A stretch of DNA of 64,000 nucleotides from Dehalococcoidia bacterium (GTDB taxonomy: Bacteria > Chloroflexota > Dehalococcoidia > Bin125): positions 320,001 to 384,000 of the forward strand of contig CAXXRD010000002.1 in the NCBI GenBank assembly GCA_963663895.2, written 5' to 3'. Positions 46,791 to 54,415 of the stretch are shown here, in pieces; position 1 is the stretch's first letter; the number at the start of each line of letters is the position of its first letter. Under the pieces are notes generated by a model, which saw only the letters and a program-made list of their open reading frames with translations, did no database searches and was not told the origin of the DNA. Both the position numbers and the translations under genes were made by a program.

Positions 46791-47747
46791 TCATCCGGTT
46801 CGCCACCACGCGGCAAGCTCCGGAGCCATGCGGTAGTAGGCCTGCGCGTCGCCGCCCGCGGACCAGGCGTAGGTGATCGGCCAGTTGCGCCGGGCAAAGC
46901 GACGGGTCACGAGTGCGCTGAAGGCGTCGAGATCGGCGCGGCAGTCGTCGTCCGAGCGTCCGACCTTCTCCACCAGCTCACTGAAGGGGACGTGCTCGCC
47001 CGCCCGCGCGGCGCACGACTCCAGCAGAGTCCTGACCGTGGCGCTCTGCAACTCGTCGCGCAGCCGCACCAGATCCTCTTGCGTCCACCCGACGAGCGGA
47101 TAGTCGCGCACGAGGTAGTCGATCGGGCTCCGCACCTCCCCTTGCACCATGGGCACGCAGTCCGCAGGGAACTCCTGCGTGAATTCGAAGCCGCGCGCCT
47201 TGAGCTCGACGATGAAGCGGTCCAGGTGCCGGCCCGCGTCAGGCAAGAAATCGTGCACGACCACGAGAGACCAGTCCAGCTGGCCGCACAGATCCAGCCC
47301 GATCTCTACCCAGCCGCCATCCTGATGCTCCCAATCACGCGGAACGCAATTCCAGTTCACGCACGTGTAGCGACCGCCCAGCAGGTAGTCACGGGCCTCG
47401 GGGCTGAAGACCCGGTCGTCGAGGAAGCCGCCAGCCCCGAACGGCCGGAAATACCGGAGCGGGTGGCTGTAGCCGCCGATCACGTCCTGGGTACGGCCGA
47501 TCTCGCGGGCCGGCGCCTCGGGATCCGTATCCTCACCCAAGGGAATCGAGTGGGTGTAGGTGTGGTTCCCGATCCAGTGGCCCTCGGCGTGCGCCCGCTC
47601 CATCAGCGCCCGGCCTGCGGGCGTCGCGGCTTTCTCGCCGATCACAAAGAACGTCGATTGCAGTCCATGCCGCGCCAGCGTCTCAAGCACTCCCGGCGTG
47701 ACGTCGGGATCCGGTCCGTTGTCGAGGCTCAATGTGACTTTCGGCAT
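46791..47747 (-). CDS. Polysaccharide deacetylase (NodB-like) with extra C-terminal winged-helix-like domain
   Basis: LSLDNGP, TFFVIG, GNHTYTH, YFRP, VVHD; about 95-aa tail WTQEDL...YRMAPELAAWW. Confidence 0.8.
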   Translation of the reverse strand: MPKVTLSLDNGPDPDVTPGVLETLARHGLQSTFFVIGEKAATPAGRALMERAHAEGHWIGNHTYTHSIPLGEDTDPEAPAREIGRTQDVIGGYSHPLRYFRPFGAGGFLDDRVFSPEARDYLLGGRYTCVNWNCVPRDWEHQDGGWVEIGLDLCGQLDWSLVVVHDFLPDAGRHLDRFIVELKARGFEFTQEFPADCVPMVQGEVRSPIDYLVRDYPLVGWTQEDLVRLRDELQSATVRTLLESCAARAGEHVPFSELVEKVGRSDDDCRADLDAFSALVTRRFARRNWPITYAWSAGGDAQAYYRMAPELAAWWRTG

Positions 47748-47872
47748 CGCGCCCCCCTTGCGCCCATCAACGGGAAACGGGTGGATACTACCGGGCCGTC
47801 GCCGTTCGCGTCGCCTGACCGCAGCAGCCGAGCGATGCTAGATTGCAGCGCGCGGGTTGGGGAAAGGACGGC

Positions 47873-48652
47873 ATGGGACTGCTCGACGGCAAGGTAGCGG
47901 TGATCACGGGGACCGCGACGGGGATCGGCGCCGCGACGGCGCAGCTGTTCGCGCGCGAAGGAGCGCGCGTCGCCCTGGGCGACATCCAAGACGCCGAGGC
48001 ACAGGCCGTCGCGGACGGCATCGCCGGCGCCGGCGGCGACGTCCTATACCGGCACACCGACGTGCGCAGCAATGGGGACGTGCAGGCACTCGTGAGCGCG
48101 GCGGTGGATCGCTGGGGCGGCCTCGACGTGCTGTTCAACAACGCTGGCATCTTCTGGCGGAACGCTTACGTGGCCGACATCAGCGATGAGGAGTACGACA
48201 CCGTGCTCGACGTCAATCTGCGAGGGACTTTCCTCGGGATGCGGCACGCCATTCCCCGCATGATCGAGCGGGGAGGCGGCTCCATCATCTCCGCCTCCTC
48301 ACCGGCGGCGCTGCAGGGCTACAAGCTTGGCGGCGTCTATTGCGCGAGCAAAGCCGGCATCATCGGGCTCACGCGCGCCGCCGCCGTGGAGTACGCAGAT
48401 AAGAACATCCGCGTCAACGCGCTCCTGCCCGGCGCCACGGCTACGCCGCAAGCCTTCGCGCATCCGTCGCTGCAGGCCCCGACCCGCGAGGAGCAATTGG
48501 CGCTCTTCGCCAAGGCGCAACCGATCCCCCGTCCCGGCATGCCCGAGGACATCGCCAAGAGCGCCCTGTGGCTCGCCAGCGATCTGTCCGACTGGATCAC
48601 GGGACAGGCGATCATCGCCGACGGCGGCTTCATGGCCGACCCGGGGATCTGA
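47873..48652 (+). CDS. Short-chain dehydrogenase/reductase
   Basis: TGTATGIG, NNAG, YCASK, IRVNAL-PG, DGG; upstream TGcTAGATT box. Confidence 0.93.
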   Translation: MGLLDGKVAVITGTATGIGAATAQLFAREGARVALGDIQDAEAQAVADGIAGAGGDVLYRHTDVRSNGDVQALVSAAVDRWGGLDVLFNNAGIFWRNAYVADISDEEYDTVLDVNLRGTFLGMRHAIPRMIERGGGSIISASSPAALQGYKLGGVYCASKAGIIGLTRAAAVEYADKNIRVNALLPGATATPQAFAHPSLQAPTREEQLALFAKAQPIPRPGMPEDIAKSALWLASDLSDWITGQAIIADGGFMADPGI

Positions 48653-48661
48653 CGCGCGCCC

Positions 48662-49582
48662 ATGAGCGAACCGCACGGCCCCTACCCGAGGGACATGGCG
48701 GGCTACGGAGCGAATCCTCCGCATCCGCAGTGGCCGGGCGACGCCAACCTGTGCCTCTCCATCGCCGTGAACTATGAAGCGGGGGCGGAGTACAGCGTCC
48801 TCCACGGCGACGCCCACTCGGAAAGCGTGCTGACCGACACCGGCTTTCCGGCCTACGAGGGCGCGCGGAACCTCATCGTTGAGAGCGCGTTCGAGTACGG
48901 CAGCCGTCGTGGCATCTGGCGCATCCTTCGCATCCTTGAGGAGCGCGGAATCACAGCCAGCGTCTGGGCGGTCGTGATGGCCCTTGAGCGCAATCCCGAA
49001 GCAGCGCGGGCGATGGTCGCGGCCGGCCACGAGATCGTCAGCCACGGCTGGCGCTGGATCGACTACCAGCACGTCCCCGAGCCGATCGAGCGGGAGCACA
49101 TCCAGCGCGCGGTGGAAGGGATCGAGCGGATCGCGGGTGCACGCCCGCTGGGCTGGGTGACGGGGCGGCCGAGTCCCCACACGCGCCGCTTGCTGGTCGA
49201 AGCGGGCGGATTCCTCTACGACCGCGACTCCCTCGCCGACGAGCTGCCGTACTGGGTCGAGGTCGCGGGCAAGCCGCACCTCGTGATCCCGATGTCGTAC
49301 GAGACCAACGACAACCGCTACAACGAGCACAGCGGCTTCGCCACCGCGGACGACTTCTTCACCTACCTGCGGGACGCTTTCGATGTGCTCTACCGCGAGG
49401 GGGAGCGCGGCCAGCCCAAGATGATGGCGCTGGCCTTGCACGATCGCATCGCCGGCCGCCCGGCTCGTGCGGCGGGCCTCGAGCGCTTCCTCGACTACGT
49501 CCTCGCTCACGACAAGGTCTGGATCGCGCGCGGCGTCGATATCGCGCGACACTGGATGCAGCAGTACCCATTCACGGGTTGA
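48662..49582 (+). CDS. puuE: PuuE-type allantoinase / polysaccharide deacetylase family protein
   Basis: YPRDMAGYG, WPG, VNYEAGAE, FEYGSRRG, HGWRW, GRPS, DELPYW, ETND, PKMM. Confidence 0.8.
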   Translation: MSEPHGPYPRDMAGYGANPPHPQWPGDANLCLSIAVNYEAGAEYSVLHGDAHSESVLTDTGFPAYEGARNLIVESAFEYGSRRGIWRILRILEERGITASVWAVVMALERNPEAARAMVAAGHEIVSHGWRWIDYQHVPEPIEREHIQRAVEGIERIAGARPLGWVTGRPSPHTRRLLVEAGGFLYDRDSLADELPYWVEVAGKPHLVIPMSYETNDNRYNEHSGFATADDFFTYLRDAFDVLYREGERGQPKMMALALHDRIAGRPARAAGLERFLDYVLAHDKVWIARGVDIARHWMQQYPFTG

Positions 49583-49618
49583 GGCAGCCACTGAGCCGCC
49601 GATGCGAGCGGTTCCGAG

Positions 49619-50563
49619 TCAGCGCATCGCGATCATGGCAATGCCGCCCAGCACCAACAGCGCGCCGATCAGCGCCCAGGGCGTCACGCGCTCCCGCAGG
49701 AAGATCGCTCCCAAGACGATGCCGAACACTGGCCCCGTGTTGAAGAGCACGGTGAACTCGCCCGCCCCGATCCGCTGCAGCGCGGTAATGATGAGCAGGA
49801 TCACCAACCCGGTGCCGAGGGCGCCGGAGAGCGCCAGCCAGATGAAGCTCCGTCGCGAGACCGCGCGCCGGCGCAGGGAAGAGCGAGACTGCATGCCGAC
49901 CAGCAAGGCGAGGACCGGGAGCACGACGGGCATGCGGACGACGCCGGCCGCGGCGGGGTCGAAGCCTTCGGCCGCGCTACGGAGCCAGACCGAGACGCCG
50001 CCCCAGGCCATGCCCGTGACGACCGCCAGCACCAGTCCAGCGGCAAAGGCGTAGCGGAGCAGCACGCCGGGCGGCGCGACCGCCGGCGCGACGCGCATAG
50101 CGTCCTCCCCGTCGCCGGCATGCCGGCGCGGTTTGCCGTAGATCACGACGGTGTAAACCCCCGCCAGCACCACGACGGATCCGACCCCAACCAAAACGGT
50201 CAGCGTGTCCCCGATGAAGAGGAGGCCGAAGAGATAGGCAGTCAGGACGGCGGAGGCGGTGGCGGTGGTATACGTGCGTGTGAACCCGAAGAGCGGGATC
50301 GTGATGGCGTAGAGCGTTTCGGCGACCGCGGTGGAGAGAAAGCCCGCGCCGATCAGCTGGGCGACGTCGCCGGCGCTCATGCGCTCGAAGTCCCCTTCCA
50401 CGCCGAGGGCGAAGACCGCGGCGATCAGAAAGATCCCCGCCCAGATCGCGCGCAGGCAGCTGATCGAGAACGGATCGACGAAGCGGGCCTGGTGCGCGAT
50501 CACCGCACCCGATACGGCCCAGACTCCGGCCGCCGCGATCGCCGCTGCGAATCCCTCAACCAT
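49619..50563 (-). CDS. DMT/EamA family transporter
   Basis: About 10 TM helices in two repeats; FIGDTLT and FLRERVT motifs. Confidence 0.85.
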   Translation of the reverse strand: MVEGFAAAIAAAGVWAVSGAVIAHQARFVDPFSISCLRAIWAGIFLIAAVFALGVEGDFERMSAGDVAQLIGAGFLSTAVAETLYAITIPLFGFTRTYTTATASAVLTAYLFGLLFIGDTLTVLVGVGSVVVLAGVYTVVIYGKPRRHAGDGEDAMRVAPAVAPPGVLLRYAFAAGLVLAVVTGMAWGGVSVWLRSAAEGFDPAAAGVVRMPVVLPVLALLVGMQSRSSLRRRAVSRRSFIWLALSGALGTGLVILLIITALQRIGAGEFTVLFNTGPVFGIVLGAIFLRERVTPWALIGALLVLGGIAMIAMR

Positions 50564-50738
50564 GGCCGCTCCGCTCGTGGCCCGATCGCGCCCGCCAAGG
50601 GCGCTCGCAGACCGTCCGGCACGCGCTGTCGCCGGTCATCCTACGGGGCGGGCGGGGGCGGCACCGCTCCCACCGCTGCCCCAGCATGCCCCGAGTGCTA
50701 GCCTCTGCCCGCACGCCCTCGCAGGAACGGAGCCCACC

Positions 50739-51821
50739 ATGAAGCTTGGAGTGTTCTGCCTGCTCCCGCAGCGTGAGCAGTCCACGCCCCCGGAGCAAGT
50801 GTTCGCACAGACCGTCGAGCAGGTACAACTGGCCGAGGCGATCGGGCTCGACATCGCCTGGTTCGCGGAGCACCATTTCTCCAACTACTGCCTGTGCGTG
50901 TCGCCGCTGGTGATGGCCGCCTACGTCGCCCCGATCACGAAGCGCATCCGGCTGGGCAGCGGGGTCGTGGTGCTGCCGCTGTACGACCCGGTGCGCCTAA
51001 TCGAAGAGGTGGCCACCGTGGACGTGATGAGCGGGGGGCGCCTGGTGCTGGGCATCGGCAGCGGCTATCAGCCGTACGAGTTCGAGCGCTTCGGTCAAAC
51101 GCTGGACGACTCGATCGATCGGTCGCTCGAGATCCTGGAGATGATGGAGCTGGCCTACGCGCAGGAGACCTTCTCCTACGCGGGGCAGTACTACCAGCAG
51201 CCGCCCACGGCGTTGGCGCTCAAGCCCGTGCAGCAGCCGATGCCCGAGATCTACGTGGCGGGGATGATGCGGGACGAGCGGATGCGCAAGCGCCTGGTGG
51301 AGAAGGGCTACGTCCCCCTGGCGCAACCGCGCTGGGGACCGCCCTCGATCATGGTGGAGACGCGGCGCGAGTTCGAGGCGATGCACCGCGCGCAGGGGAA
51401 GAGTGAATCCGACGTGCGGATGGCGGTGCTGCGCTGGCTGAACGTGACGGGGTCGCGCGAGGAGTCACTGGCGGCGGCCGACGCGCTGCGCTACACCTAC
51501 CGGGTGGCGCTGGCCTGCCGGGGCGGCTACCAGCGGATGGACGGCGCGAGACACCGCGAGATCCCGGCCGAGGGGGAGCCCACGCTGGAGCAGATCGCGG
51601 AGTACGCCATGATCGGCGATGCCGAGAAGATCACCGACCAGATCGCCAATGAGGTCACGATGTACGGACCGACGCACATGTGCTTCTCGGTGGGGATGGG
51701 CGACCATGCCCGCTCGATGCGCAGCTTGGAGGTCCTGGGAGCCGAGATCATCCCGGCGCTGGAGCAGCGCCTCGGGCCGCTCGATGCGATCGGAAGCTCG
51801 GGCAGCAACTCGGCGGGGTAG
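50739..51821 (+). CDS. LLM-class flavin-dependent oxidoreductase
   Basis: MKLGVF, WFAEHHFS, RIRLGSGVVVLP, GRLVLGIGSGYQ, KPVQQP. Confidence 0.92.
   Translation: MKLGVFCLLPQREQSTPPEQVFAQTVEQVQLAEAIGLDIAWFAEHHFSNYCLCVSPLVMAAYVAPITKRIRLGSGVVVLPLYDPVRLIEEVATVDVMSGGRLVLGIGSGYQPYEFERFGQTLDDSIDRSLEILEMMELAYAQETFSYAGQYYQQPPTALALKPVQQPMPEIYVAGMMRDERMRKRLVEKGYVPLAQPRWGPPSIMVETRREFEAMHRAQGKSESDVRMAVLRWLNVTGSREESLAAADALRYTYRVALACRGGYQRMDGARHREIPAEGEPTLEQIAEYAMIGDAEKITDQIANEVTMYGPTHMCFSVGMGDHARSMRSLEVLGAEIIPALEQRLGPLDAIGSSGSNSAG
51613..51821 (+). repeat. 3' 209 bp of the LLM gene, duplicated at 52733-52941
   Basis: Colinear ungapped alignment through the stop codon. Confidence 0.92.
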
Positions 51822-51827
51822 GAGCCA

Positions 51828-51850
51828 CGCGCGCCGACGAGCGGCGCGCG
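51828..51850. terminator. Hairpin between convergent genes
   Basis: cgcgcgccg-acgag-cggcgcgcg. Confidence 0.5.
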
Positions 51851-51868
51851 GATCCGGGCGATATTCGC

Positions 51869-52498
51869 CTAGCGTTTCCCACTCGCCGTCTTGGCGACCA
51901 CCTGCACCCCCTGAATCACCCCTTCGACGGATCGCCGCACGCGCACGGCAGCCGCTTCACTGACCTCGCCCGCGCCTTCAATGGCGCCGGTCGCGGCAGC
52001 CGACGCGGCATCCTCCACGCTTATTCCCGTCCTTTTGGCAGCCTCGATCGCGCCTTCCACCGCTCCCACGGCCGCGGTCGTCACGTCGGCGCCGATCATG
52101 GCGGCTTCATGGACGGCCGCCCGGCTGGTCTTGCCGATCGCCTCCACCGACTCCGCTCCGACCTCGGAGGACCCTTCCACGGCGCCGATCACCGCGCCCT
52201 TGGCGGCGTTGCCCACGGAGCTGCCGACCTGGGTCGCGGCCTCGACCGTCGCGGTGAGGGTGGTGGCCGCCGTCTGCGCCGCCTCGCCGCCGATGTCGCC
52301 CACGGCGTCAATCGCTCCCTTGACGGCTCCCACGCCCAGGTTGGCCGCCGCACCACCGGTCTCACCGGTCTCTTTCACCGTCGAGCGCACGAAGCTGGCC
52401 ACCTCACTCACAGCGGTGGTCGCTACCTCCCCCGTCCCCTTGATCATGCCGATGACGCTGCCTTTGACCCGATTCCCGATCTCGCGTTCGTCAACCAT
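51869..52498 (-). CDS. Hypothetical Ala/Gly/Val-rich protein with nine 22-aa helical repeats
   Basis: Periodic xxGAVxGAIEGxxExG units; SD aaagga; TATACT -10-like box upstream. Confidence 0.8.
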   Translation of the reverse strand: MVDEREIGNRVKGSVIGMIKGTGEVATTAVSEVASFVRSTVKETGETGGAAANLGVGAVKGAIDAVGDIGGEAAQTAATTLTATVEAATQVGSSVGNAAKGAVIGAVEGSSEVGAESVEAIGKTSRAAVHEAAMIGADVTTAAVGAVEGAIEAAKRTGISVEDAASAAATGAIEGAGEVSEAAAVRVRRSVEGVIQGVQVVAKTASGKR

Positions 52499-52732
52499 CT
52501 CTATCGTCCTTTCAGAGGATTGCTTGCGGCAGCGAAATCATCGCCTTGAGGGCAGAGCACGCCGCCGGAGAGCCATCTCGTCCCACGAACGGTCTGAATG
52601 CCTATGGTTTCAGACCGCTCCGGCAAGTGGGTCAAGTATAGGGCCCTGATTGTGCCCATGCGGGTCTGAGCAGACACGTCAGCCACGGCATAGCATTTTG
52701 CTTCCAGTGCGAATGAAACATAGACCAAGTCT

Positions 52733-52941
52733 TCGGCGACGCCGAGAAGATCACCGATCAGATCGCCAACGAGATCACGATGTACGGGCCGACGCACATG
52801 TGCTTCTCGGTGGGGATGGGCGACCACGCCCGCTCAATGCACAGCTTGGAGGCCCTGGGAGCCGAGAGCATCCCGGCGCTGGAGCAGCGTCTCGGGCCGC
52901 TGGACGCGGTTGGGAGCTCGGGCAGCGCCGCAGCGGGGTAG
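52733..52941 (+). pseudogene. Orphan diverged copy of the LLM gene 3' end
   Basis: Same frame and stop as 51613-51821 with scattered, often synonymous, substitutions; no 5' part. Confidence 0.88.
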
Positions 52942-53059
52942 CGGGAAGCTGGGCGTTATCGCACTGCACTCCTGCGGTTTATGGCCGAAGGCTGCCCTTC
53001 CAGGTCACGTTTGGGATTCAGGCCGTCGGTCAAGAACCATCTTCAACCGACCTCGCCCC

Positions 53060-53692
53060 TTACTCAACGGCCAGGCAGAAATAACGAAACTCGCCGTACT
53101 GTCCCGGGAGCTGGGAGTAAGGAAGCCAGCGGCAGCGGTAGTCTCTAACCAAGCGCAGAGGTTGCCTCCTTCCCTTCGTCGTGCCGGGTCCGGCTTTCGG
53201 TCCCCAAGTTAACTCTCCAGACAGGAGACGGCCTTCGTGCAGGCGAAAGTCTGCATCGGCTGTGTTTTGTCTGCCTGGGTTCCAGTAGAGGGGATCGTTG
53301 GTCATGGCAACGACGTAGCCGCGGTTGGCATGGCCCAAGCGAACGATGCGCTCAACGCGTACCAGATCCTTAATGAAATCGTAGCGAGAGATATCGTATG
53401 CGGCCTGATCGGCAAGATCGAAGCGCTCCCCTTCCGAGATCACGTGCAGGACGCGTTTCCAGTACTTCAGCTCGAGGTAGCTCGTGATCCCTGCCTCTTG
53501 GATCCAGAGGTCTGCATAAGTGCGTCGCTCCCCGGAGGGGAGCGGGTATTCAAGACGAACCTTGGCTTCCGGCGCATGCTGCTGCCACTGCCAGGCGAAC
53601 GCGAATTGGAAGTCCGCCTCGGAATGGAAGATGGGACGGTGGGAGGCGAGCTCGAAGAGGACTGCGGCTAAGTCACTCGGGCCGGTGTTCAT
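53060..53692 (-). CDS. Hypothetical protein, probable PD-(D/E)XK-fold nuclease
   Basis: HSEADFQ...RLEYP...YADLWI...YLELKY pattern; lower GC; SD aagga. Confidence 0.6.
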   Translation of the reverse strand: MNTGPSDLAAVLFELASHRPIFHSEADFQFAFAWQWQQHAPEAKVRLEYPLPSGERRTYADLWIQEAGITSYLELKYWKRVLHVISEGERFDLADQAAYDISRYDFIKDLVRVERIVRLGHANRGYVVAMTNDPLYWNPGRQNTADADFRLHEGRLLSGELTWGPKAGPGTTKGRRQPLRLVRDYRCRWLPYSQLPGQYGEFRYFCLAVE

Positions 53693-53720
53693 CGCTATCC
53701 TTCGGCATCGAGCCGAAACG

Positions 53721-53951
53721 TCAGGTCGCTATTAGGAGGCTTCTTCCCTCTACCCCCTTCTCTTTGAGGAGGTCAGCGCTGCCTTCGGGTGTCGGGTACA
53801 GTTCTCTGATTATGACGAGAAGACCATAGAGGTCCTCGTACGTGAGGAAGTTTACCGCTCTGCGAGGTACCGAATCGCCTTCTCGTGCTTCTTGACCACG
53901 AATCGGCCGATTCTCTCGACCTGCTTCTGGCGAGGAGTTTTCGGAGTCCAT
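53721..53951 (-). CDS. Hypothetical 76-aa protein
   Basis: ORF co-oriented upstream of the putative nuclease; no motif. Confidence 0.3.
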   Translation of the reverse strand: MDSENSSPEAGRENRPIRGQEAREGDSVPRRAVNFLTYEDLYGLLVIIRELYPTPEGSADLLKEKGVEGRSLLIAT

Positions 53952-54324
53952 CCCGGCTTGGCCTTTGCAGTGCGCGCGCGTCCTGCAGCGTCGGAAGTCT
54001 GAGAACTCACAAGACGGCCCTTCCCCTAAAGCGGCGGAATTCTAGCACGGAAATTGTGTATGCATTTTACGACACGACCTCCCAACCCCGCCGCCGCTTG
54101 TCGCACATCTGCCACGCTGATACGCGGTACACCAGCTCGATCACGTCAAGCGCATGGACATTGTGAAGGCCTTCGAACTCTCTGATCAGCGAGCGCGTTT
54201 CCGGTGAGTTGGCACCAAGGCCCCACGATTAACCGCTGCCGATGGGCGCGCGGACGGCTCCAGATGCTTGGGATGCGAGCTGGCGATGCCGCGCGTGCGA
54301 ACCGCAATCACTTCGGTGTCGTAG

Positions 54325-54414
54325 TGGCGGAGGGGGAGGGATTCGAACCCCCGAGACGCCGAGGCGTCTAGCGGTTTTCAAGACCGCCGCAATCAGCCGC
54401 TCTGCCACCCCTCC
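54325..54414 (-). tRNA. tRNA-Ser(TGA)
   Basis: GGAGGGGTGGCAGAGCGGCTGATTGCGGCGGTCTTGAAAACCGCTAGACGCCTCGGCGTCTCGGGGGTTCGAATCCCTCCCCCTCCGCCA: anticodon TGA, long variable arm, TTCGAAT loop, encoded CCA. Confidence 0.97.
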
Positions 54415-54415
54415 G

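Noticed and set aside
52520-52546. Fluoride-riboswitch-like ggcgatg...tcgc on the minus strand
   Set aside because: Lacks the downstream conserved pseudoknot segment, and the gene is not fluoride related
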